64,000 nucleotides of DNA, taken from assembly GCA_976551045.1 (NCBI GenBank), contig CDPCPM010000005.1, positions 20,460,001-20,524,000 on the forward strand, read 5' to 3'. Each line of letters starts with the position of its first letter. The first letter of the stretch is position 1. Both the position numbers and the translations under genes were made by a program. Source of the stretch: Glaucostegus cemiculus. Taxonomy: Eukaryota. Shown here piece by piece: positions 51,413 through 64,000 of this stretch. The notes under the pieces are model-generated. The model had not been told where the DNA came from. It worked only from the letters and a program-made list of their open reading frames with translations, and searched no databases.

Positions 51413-54400
51413 ATGTTGTCTGTGGATTGCATTTGGCATGCAGTAGCCATCTTCCAGGTTTCCAGGATGGTTCAAATGCAGCCGTATGATGGATTGCTGA
51501 AGACTGAAAAGCACCATGATGCTCCCAGGATAATGGCTATAGGCACAGTGCAGCTGGATACCAAAGGAATGCCATCCCATTCATATCCAGAAAAGGATTG
51601 GGTTGACATGTGGTACATGCATAGCAACATGCATGCAGCCAGTGGGACCCTACACCACGGCACAACTTGTAACATTAGAAGATCAATCTCCACATGTTGG
51701 TTTCTAGTTAAAGACAATGAAGTGCAGCCAGCCCTCTTTGTCCCATTCATAGCAGTGGAAGGCAAACTGCAACATCTGGCAGATATATTCAGCTCCAGCT
51801 GGAAGACAGGACTTCACTGCCCAGCTCATCTTGACAGTAATGGCAAATGCAGCCCTTGGCCTCCTCTGAAGTTTCAATTGTGGCTACAGAAAACAGTAAA
51901 GGCAAACCTCATTGAAGTTTACATATTTTTATGCATTCATGTTCAGGTCAGGGAATTGCTCTTCTTCCTCTCTTCCTCCCTCAACCCTGCCTCTTGCCTC
52001 TTCCTGGAGCTTGGCCTGATCTGCATGCCCTTTGTTCAGTCTCCTTGTCTTGCTGCAATGCAAGGGGAATTGTATCCATACCTGTGAGCAACTCATTTGT
52101 ACGAAGGCTTGAAGTCAGCAAAGTCATTCAACGCCACACTGCTCCCTGTAGACTTTGCAATTTGAAATAATGAAAGAAAGCGCCAAATGCTTGCAGAACC
52201 AAATCAGCATGCAGAAGAAATCAACCAGCAACTAACCTGTAAGCAGCTTATCATCCTTTTAAATGGTGGTGGTATGGTGGGGTCAGAGTGGGGTTGAGAA
52301 CCCTTCCTGCTGTATAATGTACGTGGGATGGTATCAGCTGGAGCACCGAGTTTCAAAATGGTGACAGTAACAATAAAACAGCATTTGACATTGTGATCTT
52401 CCGATGAGCATTCATGAGATCCCACAATAACGCTCTCATAATTACCACGATTTGATCCTCAAATTAGTGTGCATACTGTGCACAGTTTGGGTTGTTAAGT
52501 TGCCCATAAAACTGAGGCTAAAGATCTGAACACCATGCTGTATGTTACAGGTATTTGGTCACATGAATTCAACTAGCTTTAACAGTCTTTTGTTTTTGGA
52601 GGGAAAAGCAAAACCATTTCTTGCTGACCAAAACTGAACAATGAAGGCAGTTGCTATGAAGGTGGCAGTAAAGAAAGGAATGAAATGGGGTGAAATAAAG
52701 GTTGATGAGAATGTCCAGAGGAAATAGCTAGCTTGGCCTAAAATGACTCAACTGTATAACTTATAGATAAAGCAGTTCCAGTTGTTTTTCTTTTGGTGAT
52801 TAAACTCTTGTCAATTGCCATAATTACAGAAGATTTTATTACACCTTACAATACGGCATATCTTCCTTGAACATCACGTATGTTTGCCTCTTGCAATATG
52901 GCAGAAACTTATCAGTAGATCTGCAGTACAAAAACTAATGGATTCACATTACTGATCCTCTTTGCTGTTAAACAAAAATCTAAAATTATATTTGTGCTGG
53001 AGTTTCATTATTACAATCACAACATTCCTTTGAAGAATAATATCAGCACAACCAGAACAAATGAGCAGACAGTACCGGTCTACATCTGTACCAGCTTGCT
53101 CGATAACAAGTCAATTAATTGATTAAATTTCTGTTGATTAAAATGTTTCAATCAATTATAATCAATTAATCGCCACAGACCTGCTCAAGATAACCTATGG
53201 ATCAGGAATGCATAATAAACACGTGGAATGCATATGTGCATGAAATACAAATAAAGATATTTCAACCCATGCTCACGCACAAACTCTAAAAGCAAATAAG
53301 ATTAACTATTTTTTTCTAAACCACAAGACAAATGGGCTTAAAGGCTACAGAAAAACACCAATGTGGAAACTACACAATACTTAATCATCTTTTGTGATTA
53401 CTCAATAAGGATTAGCACTAAAGAAAGGTTCAATATTACATTTCCTTCTCTTATGCATTTTTATTTACTTTTGGTAATAACTGACATCTTTAATATCCAG
53501 AAATATTGAAGTAGTGTTTTAAAGAAAGTTAACAAGTGCAAATTCAGGCACAATAAGATGCCCCAGCACGCAAATAATACAATATCAAGTGCTTTACACA
53601 CAGTCAAAATTACTGTCTAAGATGGAAAGGCTAAATTCCTTGCAGGTTTTTTTTAACATAAAGTCCCAATAAGAAGATCAGCACAATATACTGAAATAAT
53701 GGAATATTCATCCTCCTAATCCATATGCAATTTTTCAGGAGCTGTTGAGCAATGAATGTGAGGCATGCCTGTATTCAGGATTTAAATAAGATGTCTTTCT
53801 AAAACATACAGTTATCATTTCCGCACCATCGCACCCAATATGACAAGGTTAGCATTTTTTTCCAGCTGAAATGAAGGGACCACAATGCAGTGTTGTCTTA
53901 AACAAAAAATATTAAGAAACATTATGTTTGTCAGTGAATTCAAGATCTAAAATAACATTTGGTCCCCATCCATTTTTACTTCAGGGAAAAACAACATATT
54001 GAATATCAATATCAGGTACAGATGTTTGCCAGGATATTGTCTGCTATTGAGCTAGATCATTCACTGTGCTATTGCACCTTTAATCCTTTCTGGTTAAATC
54101 AGGCCACAATCAGCTCAACAGCTACTGCAGAAAATAATGGGAAATTCTGAGGTTCCTTAAAACTAAAACAGATTAACAAATAATTACAATATTACATTAA
54201 GGGAAGTCTGGCAAAATTAACCAGTCAAGTTTGAATTCCTAATTCTGTTGATTTATTTACAGTTTATTAAAGTTAAAGGTCCAAAATATGACACAGAAAG
54301 CTGTCTAGAAGGTGCCCGGTAATGAATCACTTAAAATTCTTGTGAAGTAGGATTTCATGTTTGTTTTCACTTTTGGAAGGTTTATACATTACATGGTAGC

Positions 54401-55842
54401 TACTGCATTACGCAATGCACATACATTAGGAAACAGCCATTTGTGCGTTGAAGCTCTATCAAATGTAGAACCGCAACAAAAAAAAATCATTTTCCTGCAT
54501 ACCAAATTCTGTTCAGACCCCTCGAAGTTTTTGATCCACTGCTCAGCTGTCCTCTGCATATTTCAGTGAAGGCCATTTTAGGCTCTGACACAGTGGAACA
54601 AATTAATGGAACATACCAGAGCTTCTTTACCTTCCCCCTCTGAAATGGGAATCACTGATTACATCTGAGAATTTATAAGCACCCAACAAAAATTTCAAAT
54701 GTCAAAGTGGGCACAAGTGTCCCTGGCACCAGTAGGTAATGCAAGTTGATCATAATGTTTCAGAAGCACCATGATACATGGCCACTCGTTATTAATAAGC
54801 AGTGCACTGGTCAGTAATTTAGATAACCCCTTCCTGTTCTACCTATGTTAAGATATTTTAAAGAAGTATTTCTAACTGCACAATACAGGATAGATGCTGT
54901 CAATGAGAAATTCTGTTATGAAAGGCTTAAGGATTGTTTGTCTTTTGAAAAGTGGGAAATGGTCTTCTATTACATTGCTGTTTCTATCGTGACAGTATGA
55001 ATTCAAAAGTAGGCTTGATCAGGGAAATCTTTATCTGCTAAAGAAAAAATGCTAATTCTATAATGACTGAAACAAAAGAAAACAAGAATGCATGCCTGAG
55101 AGATATCCGAAGAAAATGCATCACTTAGACAAATGAACCATCAGCATTATCGATCCATCTGCGTTAGCCCTCGTCTACATGATAAAAATTACAAACTGAA
55201 AAACTACATGTGAACAAATAGATCAAGTGCACTGGCAAGAAAATGCAAAGAATATTAGCCAAGAATAATGACTCGTACATAATAATATAGTTAATATAAA
55301 TTGTTTAGAGCCCTTTGGTGCTGACAAATATAGCTGTGCTGAATTTCTGAACCATTGAAGCCACTGAGGAACAATTTTGTAGATTTCATCAACAGCTCTA
55401 ATTATGTTCCTGTCAAGTCTAGAACAAAGTAATCCATAACTGGGGAGCCCATTCAGAGACAGTAACGCACAGAGGTAATTTATGCCCAAGACACAAGGCA
55501 CCTTTGTATTTAGTGTACACAACACTTTGCTAACAAGAGGATGTACAGAATTTATGAGGAGAACCACAAACAGGCAGCTCTTGATGATTTTAACAAATTA
55601 AAGACAGTGGGAAAGCTCTAGAGTGAAAAACAACTGCTTTAGTCAGCTCTTGAACCACAACAACTGCAATAAATGATGCTGGTAGCTAGGGCATTAATCT
55701 GAATTAATTTAACCCTATAATGTACTGTATTTCCTTTCCATAATTCCTACTCAATATTGTGAGAAACTGGAATAAACAAGATAGGATATGCTCCTTTACA
55801 CATATACAACAAAACACATGTTCCTGGCATCAGCATGTTCGT

Positions 55843-56137
55843 CATTTACATAGCACCTTTAACACAGTTAAATGTCCCAAGGTGCCCAGAGGAAAATTAT
55901 CAGACAAAATTGGACATCAAGCCACAAAATAAATGTTAGGACTGATGATCAAAAGCTTGGTTAATTACATTGTATTTTTAAAAGACAAAGGGAGGGAATT
56001 CCTAAATTAGGGCCTTGACTGCAAATGGCACTGCTACCCACACTGGAGTAATTAAATGGGAATACATAAGAAACCAGGATTTGAAGAGAGCAGAGACTTC
56101 AGGGAATTGTAGAGCTGAGAATGCTACAGGAGATGGA
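55843..56137 (-). mobile_element. Old L2 LINE 3' fragment
   Basis: catttacatagcacctttaacacagttaaatgtcccaaggtg...ggactgatgatcaaaagcttggt...gggagggaattcc matches the reverse of an L2 3' end. Confidence 0.65.
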
Positions 56138-58251
56138 TACCAATAACATCAAAAATGCTTATTTTTATTGTATATGTTTTGAAGAATTAATCTGGATGGA
56201 TTTATTAAATGCATATGGGTTGATACCATAATGACAATATACGTACCTTTTTACTACAGGTCAGGTATGTTTAGAAAATTATTGCAAAATTCATTGTTAA
56301 TTAGGATTCCCTAGCCATTTGAGGAAAGTTGATTTGATCATTCTGAAAATCATCAGTTTAAAGCTGTTCACTTACTTTGCCTGTGAGCAAGAGTTTTTGC
56401 AATATAGTCCCTCCAATATGTGAGGTTCCCAATGACTAGGAGATTATGTTCAAGGAAGAATGAAAAAACATGGACTTTTTTCACAGTGGGGTGAAAAGGC
56501 AAATATTTGTTATATCAAGAAGCAAAATAGTCTAACCTGTGTTCAGGTGAGAACTCGAAATGCAATGTAGTCTGTGATTACAAAGCATCTGTAAACATTG
56601 GGGAACTTTCCAGCCATAAATCTTCATAACCAGAAACAGCCATTCAGTTCACAGTCAGTTTATTGATTCAGCTCATGTAGCAATCCATTCTTGTCCTCCA
56701 ATTAGTTCATGTGGAAGACTGTACTCTGTTATGCCACTATCGTGTCCAGAAATTGACAATTTATCCTGCAACAAAAATCTATCCAGTACCTTTTTGAAGA
56801 CTTCCATAAATCAATCTAAAGTGAGACATTTCCTTTAACTCTCCTTTAATAAGTAATTCTGACCGTGTTTACTTCTATCAGAATCCTGATTTATTTTAAA
56901 GGCATATTTACCAATTGTAGCTTGTATCAATAGCATAAAACCAGAGTAGTATTTACTCCAAGTTTTGCTGTCAAACATTATGTTTCAAAATGAAAGTTCA
57001 AAATTTGTACTCCAAAACTCTGCATAATGTATTGAGTTGAGAAAATATTCAGTGTTTAAGAACTTCTCACTTCTTCTTCACTTCTCTAGGCTCCCAACTC
57101 TATAGTATATCTCAGACCCCAATACAAAAAGTGGAACTTATCCTACTTGTTGAGCCCATTCACCACATACCCCTAGTCTGATTAGATCTTAAACTTCCAA
57201 CAAATACAAAGTAAGATGCTTTCCAAGATACCTTTTGAAAGGCAAATTGAGAAAATACTTGGAAAAATTCTTGCGAATTGAATGTAATAATTTCATTAAT
57301 CTATTAAAGACATGAATAACAACTTCATAGTTTCCCAAGTTGTACCTTGGCCACATTTTTTTTTCAATCAGCAACTTTCCTCTTCCTAGTTATCAATGAG
57401 TGGCAAGGGTTCTGCTAGTGTCCCTTTACTTTCTCTCATTTCCCTAGGAATCATTTGGTGAGTGGCATCATGTCCTTATGTACTTCCACAGCCTCTGGTT
57501 GTTGTAACACCCATTATCTAAGTTCTCAGCACATTTCTGGAATGGACGTAAGAACATAATGCTATTCACAGACAATAAGACATTTCTTAACTTCAAACAT
57601 GATTATGTTAAACAAACTCACAAATGAAGGTTTTTCTTCTGTAACGTAGATGAACTAAATAGAAATGTACCTAATAAAGATTGCAATTCAGTAACAGGGG
57701 CTTTAAATAAAATGTATTAGGTTGATTTCTCTCTTCATTAATTAGTTCAACATAATTCACTTTCATTTTTGAAGTACTAAATTAACGTCGCAATTGGTCC
57801 ATTTTAATGCTCCACAAAATCATTCCTTGAAAGAAAGAAAAAGTCAGAAGCAGATACTGTGAGCTCAAATTATTCAGGACTTAATAAAAACTACTGATAA
57901 TACATTATGGCTGGACCAATGGTACCTACTTGGTTTTCCTGAAAAAATTGAATGACAAATTAATGAATAAGGATGTAAATCCAGCCCACTTTATTCAGAG
58001 CTCCTAGTACTAAATTGCAATCTTTATTAAGAAAATTTCTATTTTAGTTAATTTATGTTTTTGAATAAAAATCAATTATGAACTTGTTTAACATAACCAG
58101 TTTTGGAGTTGAGAAATTACTAATCTAAAATTGGGAAACCAAAGTGAAGAACCAAGATTCATTGTGCAAGATAACTATAGTGACGTAAATAATGATAAGA
58201 TGTATGTGGAAGAAACTACTAGGTTGCACCAACTTTGATTATATAAGGTTG

Positions 58252-58888
58252 AGAATTGTAGGAGCCAAGTGACAACATAGGAGCTACTGAGTTCCAGCAT
58301 GGGAAAAATTGACCAAGAGTAGTTCATTATTCTGTAATATTAGGAACTGATTTCAATGAAATGGGTATCTATGTAATAGATTATGTAGAGTGGTGGATCT
58401 GGAACTTAGATTGATGAAGAAAGAAAAATGCAGAACAACTGGCTGGTCCATAAATTTATGTCAGAGTCATGTGAATGAAAGTAAAATCAGAGGACAAGCA
58501 GCAGAGATGAAATGATGTGAGAAATCTGGATAACTTTCCTTCCCTTTAGGAAGTATGTGGGGCTAACATTGAAGGCTTTGGAGAAATTCCAACTAATTCA
58601 AGGGCATACTAAAGTGCAGTCATGATGAACTAGTGGTGCAGATAGAAGATTACAGATCCTGTAAGTGAATTATTCTAATATATTGAATGACAGCAAAGAG
58701 CACATTGCCAGTTGATATGTGTTTTTCGTTCTTGGTCAATCTAAGTTCCAGGTCCACAATTCTACATACTCTGTTACATAGATACCCATTTCATTGAAAT
58801 CAGTTCAGCAGAATGACCTACTCTTATCCATTCTTTCCCATGCTGTAACTCAGTAGCTCCTATATTCTCACTTGGCTCCTACAATTCT
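58252..58888. repeat. Long imperfect inverted repeat (arms ~58252-58428 and ~58722-58888)
   Basis: gaactgatttcaatgaaatgggtatctatgtaa pairs exactly with ttacatagatacccatttcattgaaatcagttc. agaattgtaggagccaagtga pairs with tcacttggctcctacaattct. Confidence 0.9.
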
Positions 58889-60588
58889 AGTGCAAAAGGA
58901 AAAAACAAAAAGCTGCTTACTATGTTCCAAGAACAACTACCTTTGGCTGAACAGTGTTGTACTGTCAAGCTCTGAAATGACTTAGAGCCAATTCTATCCC
59001 AAACTCTCGAGAAAATAGTTTCCTCAGTGATTAGCAATTATTTAAAATCTGGAGTAAAAATGTACACTGAAAAAATCTGCTCACATCAAAACTGAATATC
59101 AAATAAATAAAAACTGCTTACAATTTTATAAACTCCATCAATCACCTTTATTGACAAAGTGATTTGGTCATCACACTTCTCTGATGACAGGTTTTTTGTG
59201 TTCTAAGAGTTAAGGATCATCATTATACATAGTGAGACTGTCAGGTTATTACACTTAACGCTGGATTTCAATTGACCTGTATCTTCCTTTAAAGCATATT
59301 AGCCAAATTAGTAACCAACAGAGAGATTGAAATTGCTCGGTTGTTATTTTCTTTGCTGGTGATCCACAGCGGCAGCTAAAGGAGGGTTAGGTATAAATAA
59401 CCTGGCAGTAGCTCAAGTAAAAATATTGAAGCTTACTAACTCTTGGGGAGAAGAGTCTGTAAAAAAAAAATGACAGGCCGGCCAAGCAGCTGATTTGTCT
59501 ACAAATACATATCTCTGCAGGGCTGGTTGAAGTATTGTTTGGCAATGAGAGAAGTAAGATGTTTTAAGTATCTCACAAGATAGTTTTAATACAAAACATC
59601 TTATTGAGATGAGCCATAGACAAATGATTGTCTAGTGGTTTTCAGAAACAAAATTTCAAAAAATTTTGCCAAATATTTCAGTACTCTGCTATTATCTTCC
59701 TTTGGCTTTAACTACTGAAGTTTGTCCAATTGTATAAGCAACCAATACAGTGCATATTTATGAATTATTTACCAGTGTATTGTCAACCTTAACAATTTTT
59801 GTCAGTAAGAATTTTTTTTTGAATGACCACCTTTGATTGCAATGAATTTTCCATACTTAACACAAGAACAATTTTACATCGTTTCCAATGGAATGTGCAT
59901 TTTCCCCACCAGTTAAAAAATCACAATAATAGCCTTGATAAATGGTCTGTCTTCTGGAAACAGTGGTGCAAATTATTGAAATTAGTGGCACGTTTGTAAA
60001 AGCTATTTGATTCAAAATTCAAAGGAACTACCCACCGTAGCCAAGCTGTAATCACACGGCAGGAAGCTGGCACCAACACAATAAGACAAGCAGTAAGGCA
60101 GCAAAAAAGGAAGGGAGTTTTCCGCGATTTTAAGTGGGTGAACCTGAATGAATAAAGGTGTCAGCCGTTAGCAATTTCTTATTCTTTCAGTGTAATCATC
60201 AATTTGTGCGTCAAGTGGTTCAGCAGATCTACAACTATCTGTGGCAGCACAGGAAGCTCCACATGGTAATGTCCCAGCTAATTTAAAGCCCTTGTGTTGT
60301 TGAATCAAACTTGACAAGGCACCAGCAAAACAGACACTATTATGCCACGTGAGAATTGGCATAGGATTGGAATAGTTTGAATGGCAGAGACAAAAGAGAT
60401 TGCCAACATGGAAAGCAGTGAAAGAAATATTTGTAAATTTAAGAGAAAAGAGGCCTGCATGTAGTTATAAAATTATTTGAGAGTCATTTTCTTTATCTTT
60501 GATCTATTAGGTCTAAAGCAACTTCCAAGCAACCTTCATCCCAGAGTATGTTTAACCAGAAGATTTTTTACTTACTTTCATATAACAG

Positions 60589-60728
60589 GGCTTAGTATTG
60601 GTATTGGTTTATTATTGTCACTCCTACCAAGGTATAGTTAAAAACTTGACTTGCATACCAATCTTACAGGTCAATTCATTACACAGTGCAGTTACATTAG
60701 GTTAGTACAGAGTGCATTAATGTAGTAC
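60589..60728 (-). mobile_element. LINE 3' tail (Rex1/Babar-like)
   Basis: gtattggtattggtttattattgtcac...tcattacacagtgcagttaca is a reversed polyA signal with an (ACCAAT)n tail. Confidence 0.55.
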
Positions 60729-60734
60729 TCAGTA

Positions 60735-61650
60735 CCTTGCCTTTTACCATATGATTTGGACCAAAATATAAGAGCAACAATAATGAAGCTTGCAGAAGAC
60801 ACAAAAACTGTCTATGTAGTTGACAGTGATAATGAAAACTAGATGGCAAAAATATATGGTGAGTTGGCTGAAAAGGGACAACTATAATTTAATCCAGCTC
60901 AGTACTTCATATATAATACATATGTGGAAATGAAGAGGTACAATTAACGGGAAGATATTGAGTGATCTAGGCAAGTGTGTTCCATTGATCCTTAAAAATA
61001 AAAGGAAAAGTTCAAGAAGGTGATTAAAAAGGTAAGCGGGATACTGACGATTACAATAAAAGAGCGGGGTGATTATGCCAGCATGGTACACAACACTGGT
61101 TAGAACACAGCTTGAGTAATATGTACAGTTCTGATAACTACACTACAGGAAAGATATGATTAAGCTGGAGACAGTGCCGAGGAGATTTATGAGGATGTTG
61201 CCAGCAGTGGAAAAATTTAGCTACGAGGAAAGACTGGATAATCAAGCGAGGCTTTCTTTCGAAAAGAGGAGGCTGCACGGAGACTAAATTGGGGTGTATA
61301 AAATTATGATGGCGCTGGATAGAATAAATCAGAAGGAAGTATTTCTTTGAGCAACGTGGTCAAAATAGGGACATCGATTTAATGTAATTGATGGAAGAAT
61401 TAGAGAGGAGATGAGGAAACGAGAGTGGTAGGGATTGGGGTCACGAACTTGCTGCCTGAAATAGTGATAGAATCAGAAACCCTAACTACACTTCAAAAGT
61501 ACTTGGATATGTACTTGAAGAGCTGTAATCTGGAGAACTATGGACCTACCGCTGGAGGGTGGGATTAGGCTATGTAACTCTTTTTTGACCAGCATGGAGA
61601 TGATGAGCCAAATGGGCCCCTTATTTGCTAAAATGTTCTATGATTCTATA
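60735..61650 (+). mobile_element. Degenerate CR1 LINE (RT C-terminus to 3'UTR)
   Basis: KLAEDTK (decayed KFADDTK), WAEK..FNP, HYRKDMIKLETVPRRFMRMLP, FSYEERLD, GVYKIMMALDR, and the tail ttctatgattctat. Confidence 0.85.
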
Positions 61651-64000
61651 AAATGCCAAGTCATTTTTTTTTTAATAGATTTATGTTTGCAACCAAACCT
61701 ACAGAATATTCTGCATTTGCACCTATCAAAGCAATGGGCATAATATATATGTTATAGCTTAATCCAACAAAACAAAAAACTCAATAAATCTTTAAATTTT
61801 ATATTAATTTATTTTCATTCTTAACCCAAACAAATGACTGTGCTGAAATCATTAAATAAACTGTCAATAGCAAAACCATTACTTTATTCTTCCCAAATTA
61901 ACTTAAAAATAAAAACACAAAACCAGATTTTAAATGTGAAAAATACTACATGCTATTACATATTTATGAGAAAAAAATCTTTTTACCTCTCTGAATTATC
62001 TGGTTAATAGTTTATTAGTGCAATTTAAACTACTTAGCATAATCATTTCAGTAGAATAATTTTTCTACATAAATTTAGTTGGTGAGATCAGTCATGTTAC
62101 TCATATCATAGTATAAGTTAATAAGTTCAAAGATTTATTTCCGTAGTAAACCATGAAAAGGAAATTTGCATATTTTTCATCTAGAATGACCATAACATAA
62201 TTAAGTAATTATTTAGTGCTATTTATAATGTTTCAAAGAAATCAGGAATTTACCTCCTGCAGGAAAATGGAGATCTCAGCTTTGTTCGTATGGGCGATCA
62301 CATTCTACAGCTTCTATTCTGCAGAACTAATGGTAAAGAGCAACAACTCACTTGTATTTGCACAGCATTAACAGTTTACCTCATTAAAAAGTATTAAAAA
62401 TGTATATAATCTGGAAAGGAGTTAAACCCTGCCACTAGATTCAGATGATACATAGATATTATTTGAGGTCTGTCACCATGTGATGTAAATCAAAAATATT
62501 CAATGGATTAGAGATCATGTATTTGTTAACATTATATCTGAGTGAATGCTACATTATTCACCACTAAGTAAACTTGCATTTAATTGCCCTGCTAATAAAC
62601 TGATTCAAAGGTAATGTGATCCTCATTTTATCAAAATGTGAATGCCCTTTTTTTGAAAAGAAAGGGTATTTGAACATCTGTATCAAGTGACTTCTTGCTA
62701 GCTTGATGATGGGTAAATTAATTGATTTAGTATCACTTAACTGATAAATTTCAATTAACTATAATTAATCAACAAAAATATCAGTACATTCACAATCAAA
62801 AAAAGGAAAAATTGTAAGAAATAACAAGATGAAATGGACCGTGAATATTTGAAAAACCCTCATATCAACGCTAGAAGAAAGCTAGAACTTTTATTGTTTA
62901 AGTAATGGTGAAGTTAGAAGACTTAAAACCACAAGCTATATATTTACTGTGAGAAGAAACAGGTGATTACTCTCTGCAACACAATCAAGAGCTTGCACAT
63001 CCTTCTATATAAAAAAAAGGTGAGGTGATTCGTAAACCCAAGGGCAACCCATTCATCCTGTCCTGTTATCACATTTGCCATAAGGGGAACCCATTAAGAA
63101 GGGTGGGCTAAAATCTTAAAGATAAGGCCTTCAGACACCAAGTTACATATGGATTACACCAGGAATATCCATTTTAACGAGTATGTTGATAGACTAAAAT
63201 ACCTCACAACAAAATTCAACTATCCAAGGTACTCACAGCTATAGATCAGCAACTGAGCTTTACACAGCTTCTACTGGTATTTGCTGGTAACAATTGGCAG
63301 AAATTGGTTTTCCCTTTCTTCAATTTTAGATCAAATAACGTTAAATAATACCATCCTATGAGTATCTGATAACAAGCTGTCACTTTCTTCTGTTTTTAGC
63401 TTTTGATCATGTGGTGGTTATGCCCTTATTATTGCAAAGTCTTTGCTATACCTGGGGCAGAATGAACAAAAGGTAGTAATTGAGGTCCACATCCATCATT
63501 TGGACACTATCGAAGGTGTTCTTAGAACACCTTCTGCAATCTCATGTGACTCAACGTGCATTGCCCTTGATGCTGGTGTACTGTATATACGACAGGCTGG
63601 TGTTGAGCAAGTTCAATCGCCAACTGGTTCCCCAGATTATTTTATCGCATTATTATAACAGTGGCTAATTTCAAGGGTAAAGTGTCAAATCATATCAATA
63701 TTTTCAATGGAATACATTTTATAAGGAATAGGAACCTGATAATGATTATGCAGCTTTTATAAGTGTACAGCTAGTTTGATTGCTGTAGTATGTCCAATGT
63801 GCTGACTATTAATTCTAAAGTGGCCTTAAAATAATAATGTTCATGAGGCTCATAAAAGTTTTGTAGAATCTTATTTGGACCTGTTGACAAAGACAGTTTG
63901 AATGGAATAGACAAAATAAAATCATGCATTTCCTTCAATTTTGATCACGACTGCATTGTTACTAAGTCTGTTCAAAAGTTTTTAGAATAATGTGACACTA

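Larger units (their letters stand above)
50150..52500 (-). mobile_element. Decayed Harbinger (HARBI1-like DDE transposase) element split by a CR1 insertion
   Basis: Minus-strand motifs in order: GCMHVA (~DCTHV), GWHSFGIQLHC (~KGFHSLNVQLVC), YPGS, WLLHAKCNPQTT [CR1] WLMAL (~WLLGDKGYPL..WLMTP), YNERQAATQNMIEKSTGCLK (~YNxAHxxTRxxIERxFGxLK). Outer boundaries are approximate. Confidence 0.75.

Noticed and set aside
51350-52087. Longest ORF in the window (245 aa, + strand)
   Set aside because: It is antisense to the decayed Harbinger transposase and crosses the CR1 junction. No recognisable domain, so it is a chance open frame.
56620-57560. Possible very old minus-strand CR1 fragment
   Set aside because: Only faint motif similarity; I could not support boundaries or family.
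1-64000. CRISPR arrays, operons, defence or other prokaryotic systems; rRNA, snoRNA or miRNA genes
   Set aside because: The DNA is vertebrate intronic and intergenic sequence. I saw no regularly spaced repeats, no dense coding and no recognisable structured RNA genes.

Overview
Eukaryotic, AT-rich, CpG-depleted vertebrate genomic DNA. The repeat families (V-SINE/HE1-type SINEs, CR1, L2, RTE, Penelope-type inverted repeats, Harbinger remnants) point to a cartilaginous fish, probably a ray. The window holds the 5' part of the estrogen-related receptor gamma gene (ESRRG/NR3B3) on the minus strand. Coding exon 1 (CDS 21202-21147, MDFVELCLPESFSLHYNEE) is not in the ORF track. It is followed by a ~19.7 kb intron and coding exon 2 (1443-1031; AF-1 region plus first zinc finger), and the gene continues beyond the left edge. 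The remaining ~43 kb is upstream or 5'-UTR-intron sequence with transposon relics and candidate conserved enhancers. Almost all other ORFs are spurious or TE-derived. I found no prokaryote-type system and no clearly new gene family. The best leads are a candidate alternative N-terminal ESRRG exon, a candidate distal TATA promoter with a first exon, an overlapping uORF, nested Harbinger/CR1 insertions and several long inverted repeats. Gene and TE family assignments rest on recalled sequences and motifs, not on database searches.
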